Program-made: the position numbers and the translations under genes
Shown: positions 1 through 10,003 of the stretch, piece after piece
Position numbering within the stretch: the stretch's first letter is position 1
Layout: each line of letters begins with the position of its first letter
Assembly (NCBI GenBank): GCA_964019335.1
Contig: OZ025699.1
Location: 434,001 to 498,000, forward strand
DNA length: 64,000 nt
Origin: Diplonema japonicum
Taxonomy: Eukaryota > Protista > Euglenozoa: Diplonemea
Direction of reading: 5' to 3'
The notes under the pieces: model-generated
Seen by the model: only the letters and a program-made list of their open reading frames with translations
Database searches by the model: none
Told to the model about the DNA's origin: nothing

Positions 1-1
1 G

Positions 2-820
2 GATGAGAACTCAGCAGTGGCTTCGGAGCTTGAGAGTCTTGTGGCAGCTGACCCTGATCTGGTTCTGGTGGTGGAAGTAGGGGACTCTCCAGCTGTCGAA
101 GTCTTGTACATAGGCAGCAAGAACCTTCCTTCTGGACTTCGGTTCCTCGTTGTCACCGACCCCACAGGCTGTGTTACAAGTATAGACGCTGGGTTTCTTA
201 GCTACTGCGACCACCTGACGTCTGTTGATCTCATCCTCCCCAATGTTACTTCAATTAATCATTCCTTTTTATCGGGGTGCAGTAACCTAGAAACCATCAA
301 CTTCAATTCAATGGCCAATCTTTCTTCCATTGCTAATTACTTCTTGGGTAATTGCGACAAGCTAGAAACCATCGACTTGAGTTCAATGACCAATCTTTCT
401 TCCATTGGTCATTACTTCTTGTTCAAGTGCAAGAAATTAGAAACCATCGACTTGAGTGCGATGACCAATATTTATTCCATTGGCTTTTGCTTCTTGGATG
501 GGTGCAAAGAACTAGAAACCATCAACTGGAATGCGATGACCAATCTTTCTTCCATTGGTGATTACTTCTTGTATGAGTGCGATAAACTAGAAAACATCGT
601 TCTGAGAAGAGGCGCTGCTACTTTTAACAGGCTCTTAAAGGCACAAATACCACCAGGGGTAAGAATAACACCTTCGGAAGGACAAAAACCGACTTTAGGA
701 GGTACGGTTCAGGTCAAAAGTAAGAAAGGTTCTTTTTTATTACTAGTTTTAAAAATATTTTGTTTCGTGTCTCTTTTTCTTCTTCTTCTTCTTCTTGGTG
801 GGGATAACATGGAAATATAA
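2..820 (+). CDS. Leucine-rich repeat protein (BspA-like), 5'-truncated by the window edge
   Basis: Frame is open from position 2. About five ~24-aa repeats of the form LETIDLSxMTNLSSIGxxFLxxCxK. The last ~30 codons run into a (CTT)n tract and a repeat, and GTAAGA donor-like sites occur at 659 and 720, so the true 3' end is uncertain. Confidence 0.75.
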   Translation, partial: DENSAVASELESLVAADPDLVLVVEVGDSPAVEVLYIGSKNLPSGLRFLVVTDPTGCVTSIDAGFLSYCDHLTSVDLILPNVTSINHSFLSGCSNLETINFNSMANLSSIANYFLGNCDKLETIDLSSMTNLSSIGHYFLFKCKKLETIDLSAMTNIYSIGFCFLDGCKELETINWNAMTNLSSIGDYFLYECDKLENIVLRRGAATFNRLLKAQIPPGVRITPSEGQKPTLGGTVQVKSKKGSFLLLVLKIFCFVSLFLLLLLLGGDNMEI

Positions 821-859
821 GAAGTACATCAGATGTTTTTACTTGCTGTTGACCTCCTC
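773..859 (-). mobile_element. Short 3' fragment of a second retroelement-like family with an (AAG)n tail
   Basis: 797-859 closely matches 19663-19724. On the minus strand both end ...TTATCCCCACC followed by an A-rich tail. Confidence 0.5.
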
Positions 860-911
860 CTTATTTTAATTTTATTTTTCAATTACTGTAAAACGAATAA
901 TGTCGGGCGGA

Positions 912-984
912 AAAAACTCCCGGACACCAAAGAAAAAAAAAAAAAAAAAAAAAAAACCGAACATTTTTCCGTCCGGGAGTTTTT
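912..984. repeat. 14-bp inverted repeat enclosing an A-tract (MITE-like)
   Basis: AAAAACTCCCGGAC (912-925) / GTCCGGGAGTTTTT (971-984). Confidence 0.55.
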
Positions 985-1029
985 CGTTTTACAGTATTTC
1001 TTTTACTCCTCACAGGTTTTTATTTCACT

Positions 1030-1349
1030 CGAAGAAAACCGGCTGTGTAGACGAGGGCCACGTGGCAACATTTCCCCCCATTTTTTCCCGATCCTAGAGG
1101 AGCAACTGCGAACTCATTGCATCCTCAACAGCTCGCTAGTTGGTTTCACGCCCAAGCTGCTGATGAGAAACTACGACGGGCCTAAGGCACTACCACGACA
1201 GAAAGGATCAAACACTAGATGAGTTGATTGTCGTTAGGCGATCCTGTCACATAGGTTCCCTTCAAAGACATCTTTTTTTTTTTTTTCTTTTTTCTCCCCA
1301 TAGGGCGGCCCTCTAGCGGGGGGCTTGTCCTGTACTTTGAGTTTTTTTT
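1030..1349 (+). mobile_element. Divergent 3' remnant related to the poly(T)-tailed non-LTR element
   Basis: 1302-1349 AGGGCGGCCCTC..GGGGG.TTGTCCTGTACTTTGAG(T)8 matches the 3' terminus at 58966-59043. The upstream peptide SLVGFTPKLLMRNYD loosely resembles the ORF2 C-terminus. The 5' boundary is approximate. Confidence 0.6.
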
Positions 1350-1727
1350 GTCGATTTTTGTAGTGTGCCTTCTTTCCTAAAAAGGTAAAGAGGGATAGAT
1401 GACGCAAACTTCGACACGTTTCTTTCTTTCTTCTACCCCTTGGTGTAGCTCCGGATGGGCATCTTTATCTTGATAGAAAGACAACTTTCTCCCTCTTCCT
1501 CCTCTCCTTGTTAGCAACGGTGATGACCGGTGATTCCATCAAGACTACCCGTTCTCCAGCGTGCTGCACAAGGTCATGGAGACAGAGGCATGCATCCTTC
1601 AGCGCAGAAGGGGAGCGACATCCGCTAGGGCAGATAGAAGTTACTCGTTACACAAATGCTCCCTTTTTTATTGTAGTTTTATCCCTTCTTATATTGCACC
1701 CTATCATATCACTCCAGGTTTCTGACC

Positions 1728-4700
1728 ATGCCTTTCGCAGGGTCCTTGCGCCCTAGGTACTGCCAGAAGAGCAAGCTGAAGGAATATGTTGCGGAGAAGC
1801 GCATCTTACTTCTCATCAACGAGCTAACAGACGAGCTGCTGAAAACCATGCCGAAGGACCCAAGGGCACACCTCACCGCGTACTTGCAACAAGGGACAAT
1901 CCCGAAAGAGCGGAAAGCACAGCGATGCACAGGTGACCTGCTGAAAGAAGAGCTCAGGAGCGCATGGTTGGGTTGCGGAGGGAATCTAGAACTATTCAAA
2001 CAAGCACTGCCTGCAGAAGTGAAGACGAAATGGGAAGGGCATGTGGCTCTTCAAGTTCCAAGAGCGAGGTCGGTGACAAAGTCTAAATTTGAAGCACCTC
2101 CCGAAACGGAAAGCGGAGTAGACCCTCTCATGAGGCCGGTGCAGCTAGTCCCCGATGGGTACCAGCCGCCTTGTGACATCTTCCAGATCGTGTCCGACCT
2201 AAGCACGTGGCACTTTCCAAGCAGGAAGCTGTGGCCCCAGACCGCAATCGCACGCATCGAGCAAAACTGCCGCAACATAGGCCAACGTCACAACTACGGC
2301 GAACCACTTGAGGTAGCGATCCCCCTGTACATCTACTCCATCACTGTCTATCGAGATGTCGTCTGGGCTGTATGGACGGTTACAGGGTCTGATGAACATG
2401 CCCGCTGGTCCCTCACCACAAGAGACTCTTTTACTTCACTAGAAGCGTTTTTCAAAAAAAACGATCAAACCCTTCCTGCAGATGCCACAAAGTACGCTAC
2501 CAGCCCGATGCAAGCCGTTGTTGCAAGGCAAGGCCTCACGCTCTTTGAAGAAGTAAAACCCTGCTGCCTCAAGTCAGTAGTGTACCTTAGCAGGTACGAA
2601 ATGAAGGCAACAGAGGTGAACAACGAGGCAAGCCCTCTCGCGGACACTGTCGCGTGGCTGCCCCCTCCATGCTGCATTCTGAACAAAACACTTACCCTCC
2701 CACCGCCTGGGGTGCTGGAGTACTTGTACAGCAGAAGAAGCATCGAAGAAACGTCTATGTACGAGGACACTGCCGACAGCTTTCGTTCAGAACCCCTCTT
2801 CAAAAAAAACCCGATCTTCGCAACGCTTGAAAGATGCCTCAGAAAGAACGGCGAGAGGGACCTCACGAAGACTATTCACAACCAACTGAAGGAGCTCGCC
2901 TTGCACGAAGGATATGCCAACGATGTCGTGGATCTGATTAGCGAGTGCTTTGATGATGATGATGATGATGACTCCGAGGAGTGCTCTACACGGGAACAGC
3001 TGAGGACTCTTCTTGAGAAGGAAGAATGCAATTTGCAGGTTACTAATCTGATAGAAGACTGCCTCGACCAACATAACCAACAGGAGTACTCCCAGGATAT
3101 TTACGAACGGTTGGTCGTGCTTCTTCGAAGTAACAGGAAGATCGAGAGGGTGAAGAAGCTAATCGAGATGAAGTTGGGACCGAAGACAAAAAACACACCG
3201 ACCCCACTGCAGATCGCGCATAGCCTTGACATCAATACTATCACGTGGGGAGGGCGCACGTTGAATGCTGCGCTGTCCGGGTCGTGTTTCTATATCGATG
3301 GCGATAGAGATGTCTTTCCCGATCCCATCAGGCTCTTCAGGGTGGACCACCCTTATGAGGAGCAGCCTTACTACCACCTCAACGCAACCATGCGGTGTCT
3401 TCAGGAGAACAAGACAGCCACAACCTTCGAGATGAGCTCTGCTAGCGCCAACGAATACAGCATAGTGGACGATGTATTCGTGGCGAGGCCTGACACTGTG
3501 TTGGGTACTGGCCTCAAATGTCTTAGCAAAGTGGCCAAGACGCCCAAAGCTCGGACGTGCCTTACGAAGCTGCTCGAACATAAGTGGCAGTGCTCGCTCG
3601 ACTCCACCACCCGCTCTGTGCACTACCACTTCGACCACAAGTACAACCACGCGAAGAGTGCCGACCAGTACTTCGACACCACCACTCACGAGGGCGTTGG
3701 GTGGTACCTCTTGCCGGACAACGTCAAAGTGACTGGTAGCTTTACCTCCGGCGCGTGGCTTTACCAACAAGTGAAGCCGCTCTTGTACTATGTAGACAGT
3801 GCAATGAAAAACATGTCGCGCACCATTGCGTCTACGGGGTGGGTCTGCGCACCGCCTGAAGGCGAGCGGGCCAAATGCTACCGCGGTTTGAAGGGTACGA
3901 AGCTGAACCGGAATGTCTACGACAGGGGCAACGTGGTGGTGTGGTCATCTTTCTCGTCCACGTCGTCAGACCAGGGCATCGCATACTCGTATGCAGCGGG
4001 AGGAAACGCGTCTGTATTCATCATAAGGGGGAAAGCGTGTAGACTAATCGCGCCATGGAGCAGGTTTGGGCGAGAGGAGGAGTGGCTGTACCCACTGAAC
4101 ACAAGGTTCCAGGTACAGTCGCTGCTGACCGAAGAGCAAAAGAAGATTTTGGGAAGGAGTGACCTGCAAGTGTTTGAGATCAGTGAGGTAGACGAAACCG
4201 GTGCGGAGCTCATCAAAGTACGTGGGTGCCTTGCCAAAGCCGATACGAAGGAGGCTATGGGAGTTGTATTCGCGGCGTCCACGGCGCTGGAAGATGGAAA
4301 TGGCGTGCTTGACCTTGCGCTGAACGACCAGAACGATGGTGTGACACAAGCGAAGTGGATCTACACAATAGCCGTCAGCTTCGACCCACAGGGCCACTGC
4401 CCCATCTTCACCAGTGATATTACGAAAGTGTGCTGTCCTACCACTGCGAAGGAACTTCTGAACAAGACTGGCTTCATGACGGAAAAGAAGACGAAGATGA
4501 TTCTAGAGCCAGACACAGATGTTAACCTGCAGGAGCCTGAAGCAGGTCTGGCAAACAAGCCCAACCGGCTAGCGCAGTCAAACATGGCACGGCCAACACG
4601 CCACAGGAGGGCAAGGCGTGCCTTCTTCTCTGGGAGCATCGTCGAGTGCTCCTTGTGTGGAGTGAAGATCAAGGAGAGACACTCAGAACAGCACAGGAAG

Positions 4701-7700
4701 CGGTGCGTGCAGCCAGGGCAGGCATTCTATAACAACAGTACTGAGGAGGGGAAGATGGTCCTTGCATTAGTTTCGAAGCTGCTTGACGTAAGTGAGCACA
4801 GGGGGCCTGACATCGTCGAGCTGAAGAAAAAGGGCAACAGTGCGATCTTTGTGACAGCGACGAAGCCGAGCGAGAAGTGGGAGCTGAGGTTAGAGATCCG
4901 GCAGGATGGGGGGCACAGGGGCTTTGCGGTGAGGAATGAAGGGGCACAAGTTCTACACCACATGCTAAAGAAGAAGGTGCGGCTCAAACGGATAGACCTC
5001 CGGAACAACCAGATTGACAACGAAGGGGCAGCTCAGCTACTGCTGGGCCTACGTGCGAACCCCCACGTGGTGCAGCTCACCATCACCGACATCGCTGGGC
5101 ACCTGCCGAAGGACGTCCGTGTTGTAGAAAAGAGGATGGCGAAGATCCTCAGCAACGTCAAACCACTGAAGGTTACCTGCCTCGCAGCTGCCGTCTTGCT
5201 CGCGAGCAGGGAGCTGCTACGAGTTGGACCGGTTGATAACACGTCAGCAGCGCTGCTGCGAAACAAAGAAGATCTCCTTCTTCAGACACAGCAGGTAATC
5301 AACATGCGTTGCCTGCATCACAAAGGCACTATCAAACCGGACCTGCTTCAGCTCGACTTCGGGAAGAACTGGCCGTACTACGCGGCGCTTGCCTTCTGGG
5401 ACCTTGAGGTGCTCGACATCGACTTCGGAAGCCTGTTCGACACCCAGAGAGAGGGAACCATCTGCTTCATCCAACATCTAGCCGTAAGGTGCTCCCTGTC
5501 AGGGAAGTATCCAAAAATGCCCGGTGCGTTGGTGGCGGCATGCAGAACAGTCGACTGCAAGACGCTTGACATACTGCTGCAGATGGGGTGCAGCCCTGGC
5601 GAAACAGACGGGTACGGCGAGACGCCACTGCTTAAGCTGGAGAGGAGGGCTAACTTCTTAAAAGACAAAGCAAAGATGCTGATAAGACTGCACGTGTGCC
5701 TCAAGAACCTTGCACCACGCTGCGTGCAATGGGGGGACGTCGAGTGGCAGCTGAAGAACTTCGCACTAGAGATGGTACGCGTCTGTGAAGCAAAAGACCG
5801 GGAGGCAAAGAAGGAAGTCTGTCTTTTAGGCGAGCTGTGCCGGAACCTCCGTGTCGACAGCAGGACATCTGTTGCGGACGTGCTCCGCAGCCACGTGAAA
5901 ACTCTGGAAAGGGATGCAAAACAGTGCACCCACATGAGCAAGATACCCGTGGAACGGATTAACACAACACTGCTGTCCTTAGACCTATTCGCATCTGATG
6001 GCAGGGATCTCGACGTCATACTAAAACAAGACATACAAGAAAAGTCCCGCCCCACAGGCCGTAGACAGAACCCACTGCACATCGAGAAAATAAAGCAAAT
6101 CCTACAGCCAAGCGATAAGACAAACAGGCTATCCGAAGAACCGTGGATCCACCGCTACCAAGTGTCAGATCGGGCCAAGCTGCTGTGGGGAACCTTCGAG
6201 GCTGAACTGGGCGTGCCGAAGCTGTGCCTCCACGGCGTGTACCTGTTCGAGTTCGAGTATGCAGAGTACAAGAAACAGACGGGCGGGACGGAAGATTGGG
6301 AACACTGCCCTGCTAAAGAAACAGGCCCCGAAGAAACAGGCAGACGCAAAGTGCCATTGTACGATGGTGATTCCATGACGTTCGCGGAGTTCAGCGGGAA
6401 ATTGTGGGACGACTGTGCAAGGGAACCAGCACAGATCAGGAGGCTTAACAATCAAGGGTTCTACGTCTTCAAGCATGATTGGGCAGAAGAGGACATCGCC
6501 GTGTTTGGGGAGTGGGCAAACGGGAAGGAAGAGACACCACCGCCTCTGAACAGCACCATTCGGTCGGTGCTGCTGGAGCCGTCACAAAACCTCTTCAGCC
6601 CTGATGTCTACGGTGGGAAAACAGCTCTGGACAAAAGCGTAAAAATGCTCGACAAATGGGCCAAGACGTGGGCGGTCCTGAATAGCACGCTCTCCTTTTG
6701 TGAAGAGCACGACGAGTTGCAGCTGCACCGAACGCAACGTGATGTCCCGCACCTTGTTGTCTTCCACCACATGAAGCTAATTAAAGGGCAGGTCTTTGGG
6801 CTGCCCGAGACATCGATGTGGGAAGTAGAGAAGAGGAAATGCAAGTCTAAAAAAGGGAAATTCCTTCCATACCGATACTTCGAAAGCGACAAGGAATGGC
6901 GGACGGCGTTGAGGAAGTGGACGGAAAAAGGCTGCAGGGGCATTGCGCTTGACAAGGACGAGTTTGGTATGCACCTGCTGTTTGGCGAGCAGGCGGACCC
7001 TGAGATACAAAATCTGTTCACATGCACCATCCTCACGGCACGTGCTACGGTCGTCATTCAAAGAGACCTGCAAGGCATCGAAAGGGACAGCATCCCAGAA
7101 GCGAACTGGACCCCGAAGTACTTACACAACGAAATTTTGAACAAATGGGTTCACGGTTCTTTGTTCGATTTACAAGAGGTTCTGGACACGGCATGGGGCG
7201 AGAAAGATCCCTTCCACGAAGCCTTGCGTTCAGCCGTCCTGTTGGCAGTCGCGTGCAAAGACGACTTCGGCTGTGCCATGCGTGAGGCCATACGCACGGT
7301 GTGCGACGAGGGTAACCTTTGCAACCCTTTTTACGAAGTCTTGTGCCAAGCAATCCACGAAGCATGGGACAAGGCAGAGCCGGAGAGCAACTGGACCGAA
7401 AAGACAGATGAAGGAACGTGCAGCACCATTCGGTTCATCGCGAGAGGGAAATTCCGGGGAGCCTTCATCACAAACTTCGGTTCCAACAAGGACCACCGCA
7501 AAGGCGATGTGCTGCTGCCTGCCCTAGAAACATTCTTCGTAGAAGACGTGACAATGATGGGAAACGTGCTGACCATTCGGCTCATAGCAAGGGGGTCCAT
7601 GCTCAACAACGACCCCGAGCTGGCCTCATGGTGCCGCGAAATAGGCAAGCGGCTCATAAATTCAGCTGAGGAGCAGCTTAGCGAGTCGAAGCCGATCCTT

Positions 7701-9494
7701 TCTTTACAGGACCCGCCAAGCCCATCTACTCGTGCTGCCTTCAGGAAGACATCAGTGGGGCCAGACGCGGTGCTGTACTTCAGTGCAGCGTGTGAAAGCT
7801 TTTCGGCAGGACAGCGTGCGGACCTCGTTGAGGACATCGAAAAAATCCTGGCGCCCGTCAACAAGTTTGGCAACCACACCAACTCTTCAGCAAGCGGCTC
7901 CTCATTGTGGAGCCACGCACGTGTCGTGGCGAAAGATGGGCAGAAAGCCCTACCGATTACGTACCGTCTTAGCTACACGTTCCTTTCTATGTTGGGTAGG
8001 GAACCCAGGGGGGCTGCAGAAGATTGCCCGTCTGCTCCACCTGTGGAATTCGGTGATTTAATGGAAAAGCCCAGCTCGACGGTGATAGAGATAAGTGCCA
8101 AAACCGTTGAAGAGGTGCATGATAAAGAGAATGCCAACATGGAACTCGACCCCGTGTACGATCAGCTTGCTGAAAAACCACCCCCTGCAGCGGAGGTGTA
8201 CGGCGACGGGGTCTTCAAGATCACTGTTGGCGAGCTACAACAGCTTGTCAGGTCAACCATCGTGACGACGTCCGCTTCGCTGCCCCAAAAGTTCTATGAA
8301 CACCTTGTGGGCCGTTTCACCTCGCACCCGAAATTCATGCATTTCTTCACTGTGTTCCGAACGTCCCCCTTGATCGATATCTGGGGGAAATGGAAGGCCT
8401 GTCATATCAGGCATCGCCAGCTTGCAGGGGAAGAACTGGAAGCACTTAAGAAAGCTGAAAGGAGGACTTCGAAAGAAGACCACGAGGGGATGTACATGCA
8501 CAGAATGCTGCAGAAAGCCGCTGAGAGAGACCTTGAGTTTCTGAAACAAGGGAACTTGTTGACAAGGTTGTACCAACAACCTTTCAGCAAATGGGTTCAG
8601 AGCGTGCTGGAGACCCCCGCTACATACGGGTTCACCTCACACGAACACGCTGTGCTAACACTCAACAAAACCTTGATGGAGCTGTCGACGGAAGTCTGCG
8701 TCTCCCAAAAGGGGCACTTCTTCGTCTCTGGAAGCCATTCAGGGAAGTCCAACCACATTGCAGAGAAACCCCCGCGAGCTGTAACATTCCTCTCAGCACC
8801 AGGACTTGACTTCCGCACTGTGCAACCGACACTAAAGGAAGCAAACAAGTACTTCCAGCGAATCAAAAAAGGCGATGCAGACGAATCAACGTGCCCCCAC
8901 AAGGGATGGAGCTACTTCAAAGAAGGCAAACGGAAGGAGTTTTGCCTGAGGGTGAAGGAGCTGTATCGGTGTATCTTTACAGCAGCAAGAAAGCAAGGTG
9001 TCCGTAATATGTGCATGCTGAATCTGGGGTTGGGTGCATTCCTCGAGAATATCAAACCTATCTTGAAGCCCGAGATCGTGAAGGAGTATTGCAGGGCACA
9101 GTTTGAGCTTTTATGCGAAGAAGATTGGGGCTTCGAGAACTACTTCCTCAACGCTGCCGCCTTTACAACCACTGCAAGTAACATCCTCGACAGACTACAA
9201 TCACACCTGAAGTGCAACCTTATTTTCCATGACAAGGACGTGAAATTCCTTGCAGCACACCTCGCAAAGCTGGGATTGACCTCCTCATTCCTGAACCCCT
9301 CCGACTCTCAAGCAGTGATGCAAGGCTGCATGGGCATGTACTGGGAATTAGGCAGGTCCTCCTCAACTTATGTTGGAGAGGAAGATTGGGCAGCTACCTC
9401 AACAGGTGTCCTGTCATGCTTCTCAATCTCCCACAGATCAATTGGTTTGGTTCGAAGGGGTGATGATGAAGAAGAAACCCAGGAGGATGATTAG
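1728..9494 (+). CDS. 2588-aa multidomain protein: Dpy-30/RIIa-like docking helix, R-S-E ADP-ribosyltransferase, Zn finger, RI-type LRR, ankyrin-like repeat, degenerate second ART, C-terminal macro-like domain
   Basis: Long intronless ORF preceded by a pyrimidine tract + CAG (1717). ART motifs: CYRG (R at 3882), WSSFSSTS (~3942-3965), REEEWLYPLNTRF (from 4071). Also CSLC..H..C, LKRIDLRNNQIDNEGA, DGYGETPL, and C-terminal SAPGLDF / NLGLGAF. Confidence 0.9.
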   Translation: MPFAGSLRPRYCQKSKLKEYVAEKRILLLINELTDELLKTMPKDPRAHLTAYLQQGTIPKERKAQRCTGDLLKEELRSAWLGCGGNLELFKQALPAEVKTKWEGHVALQVPRARSVTKSKFEAPPETESGVDPLMRPVQLVPDGYQPPCDIFQIVSDLSTWHFPSRKLWPQTAIARIEQNCRNIGQRHNYGEPLEVAIPLYIYSITVYRDVVWAVWTVTGSDEHARWSLTTRDSFTSLEAFFKKNDQTLPADATKYATSPMQAVVARQGLTLFEEVKPCCLKSVVYLSRYEMKATEVNNEASPLADTVAWLPPPCCILNKTLTLPPPGVLEYLYSRRSIEETSMYEDTADSFRSEPLFKKNPIFATLERCLRKNGERDLTKTIHNQLKELALHEGYANDVVDLISECFDDDDDDDSEECSTREQLRTLLEKEECNLQVTNLIEDCLDQHNQQEYSQDIYERLVVLLRSNRKIERVKKLIEMKLGPKTKNTPTPLQIAHSLDINTITWGGRTLNAALSGSCFYIDGDRDVFPDPIRLFRVDHPYEEQPYYHLNATMRCLQENKTATTFEMSSASANEYSIVDDVFVARPDTVLGTGLKCLSKVAKTPKARTCLTKLLEHKWQCSLDSTTRSVHYHFDHKYNHAKSADQYFDTTTHEGVGWYLLPDNVKVTGSFTSGAWLYQQVKPLLYYVDSAMKNMSRTIASTGWVCAPPEGERAKCYRGLKGTKLNRNVYDRGNVVVWSSFSSTSSDQGIAYSYAAGGNASVFIIRGKACRLIAPWSRFGREEEWLYPLNTRFQVQSLLTEEQKKILGRSDLQVFEISEVDETGAELIKVRGCLAKADTKEAMGVVFAASTALEDGNGVLDLALNDQNDGVTQAKWIYTIAVSFDPQGHCPIFTSDITKVCCPTTAKELLNKTGFMTEKKTKMILEPDTDVNLQEPEAGLANKPNRLAQSNMARPTRHRRARRAFFSGSIVECSLCGVKIKERHSEQHRKRCVQPGQAFYNNSTEEGKMVLALVSKLLDVSEHRGPDIVELKKKGNSAIFVTATKPSEKWELRLEIRQDGGHRGFAVRNEGAQVLHHMLKKKVRLKRIDLRNNQIDNEGAAQLLLGLRANPHVVQLTITDIAGHLPKDVRVVEKRMAKILSNVKPLKVTCLAAAVLLASRELLRVGPVDNTSAALLRNKEDLLLQTQQVINMRCLHHKGTIKPDLLQLDFGKNWPYYAALAFWDLEVLDIDFGSLFDTQREGTICFIQHLAVRCSLSGKYPKMPGALVAACRTVDCKTLDILLQMGCSPGETDGYGETPLLKLERRANFLKDKAKMLIRLHVCLKNLAPRCVQWGDVEWQLKNFALEMVRVCEAKDREAKKEVCLLGELCRNLRVDSRTSVADVLRSHVKTLERDAKQCTHMSKIPVERINTTLLSLDLFASDGRDLDVILKQDIQEKSRPTGRRQNPLHIEKIKQILQPSDKTNRLSEEPWIHRYQVSDRAKLLWGTFEAELGVPKLCLHGVYLFEFEYAEYKKQTGGTEDWEHCPAKETGPEETGRRKVPLYDGDSMTFAEFSGKLWDDCAREPAQIRRLNNQGFYVFKHDWAEEDIAVFGEWANGKEETPPPLNSTIRSVLLEPSQNLFSPDVYGGKTALDKSVKMLDKWAKTWAVLNSTLSFCEEHDELQLHRTQRDVPHLVVFHHMKLIKGQVFGLPETSMWEVEKRKCKSKKGKFLPYRYFESDKEWRTALRKWTEKGCRGIALDKDEFGMHLLFGEQADPEIQNLFTCTILTARATVVIQRDLQGIERDSIPEANWTPKYLHNEILNKWVHGSLFDLQEVLDTAWGEKDPFHEALRSAVLLAVACKDDFGCAMREAIRTVCDEGNLCNPFYEVLCQAIHEAWDKAEPESNWTEKTDEGTCSTIRFIARGKFRGAFITNFGSNKDHRKGDVLLPALETFFVEDVTMMGNVLTIRLIARGSMLNNDPELASWCREIGKRLINSAEEQLSESKPILSLQDPPSPSTRAAFRKTSVGPDAVLYFSAACESFSAGQRADLVEDIEKILAPVNKFGNHTNSSASGSSLWSHARVVAKDGQKALPITYRLSYTFLSMLGREPRGAAEDCPSAPPVEFGDLMEKPSSTVIEISAKTVEEVHDKENANMELDPVYDQLAEKPPPAAEVYGDGVFKITVGELQQLVRSTIVTTSASLPQKFYEHLVGRFTSHPKFMHFFTVFRTSPLIDIWGKWKACHIRHRQLAGEELEALKKAERRTSKEDHEGMYMHRMLQKAAERDLEFLKQGNLLTRLYQQPFSKWVQSVLETPATYGFTSHEHAVLTLNKTLMELSTEVCVSQKGHFFVSGSHSGKSNHIAEKPPRAVTFLSAPGLDFRTVQPTLKEANKYFQRIKKGDADESTCPHKGWSYFKEGKRKEFCLRVKELYRCIFTAARKQGVRNMCMLNLGLGAFLENIKPILKPEIVKEYCRAQFELLCEEDWGFENYFLNAAAFTTTASNILDRLQSHLKCNLIFHDKDVKFLAAHLAKLGLTSSFLNPSDSQAVMQGCMGMYWELGRSSSTYVGEEDWAATSTGVLSCFSISHRSIGLVRRGDDEEETQEDD

Positions 9495-9678
9495 GTTCGG
9501 GTTTGCGGAAGCTGAGACTCATCATCTTTTCATTTACACGTGCGACTAGACGAAACCCTATTTACATGGGGTTTTGTTTATCAGCCGGGATGTGTAGGCA
9601 GCATCCTGAAACACCCAGCTTTGGGGGGGCAAGAGACGATGTGGAACTGGGTCGTTCCTGTGTGGGATCGGAGGCGCA

Positions 9679-9811
9679 GAGCTGCTCTGATAGCCAGCCT
9701 GGTCCGGTTCGTCCCTCTTCAAGCTCTGTGTCGACGGGTCTTGCCTTGTGACTCGTCGACACAGAGCTTGAAGAGGGATGAACTGGGCCAGGCTGGCCAT
9801 CAGAGCAGCTC
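9679..9811 (+). repeat. 62-bp inverted repeat (long hairpin, 9-nt loop)
   Basis: Arm 9679-9740 versus 9750-9811 has five differences from perfect complementarity, four of them G-U compatible on the + strand. Confidence 0.9.
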
Positions 9812-10003
9812 CTAGTTCCCACAACGGACAGTTCCAGGATAGCAGAACTGAGCAGTGCCTGTGTCTCTGCCACTCAGACTACCTGAACCACATCGCCCAT
9901 CTTTTTTATGTGTTAAAATCTTTCAAAACGGTTTATCACTTTAGTGTCTTCCTCTTTCATTTCCCCCAATTACTCTTATTAACTCATCACACCACAAAAG
10001 AAC

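Noticed and set aside
1330-1338. CTGTACTTT in the element 3' end matching part of the SL
   Set aside because: Only 9 nt, and the two other copies read CTGCACTTT; insufficient to claim a relationship.
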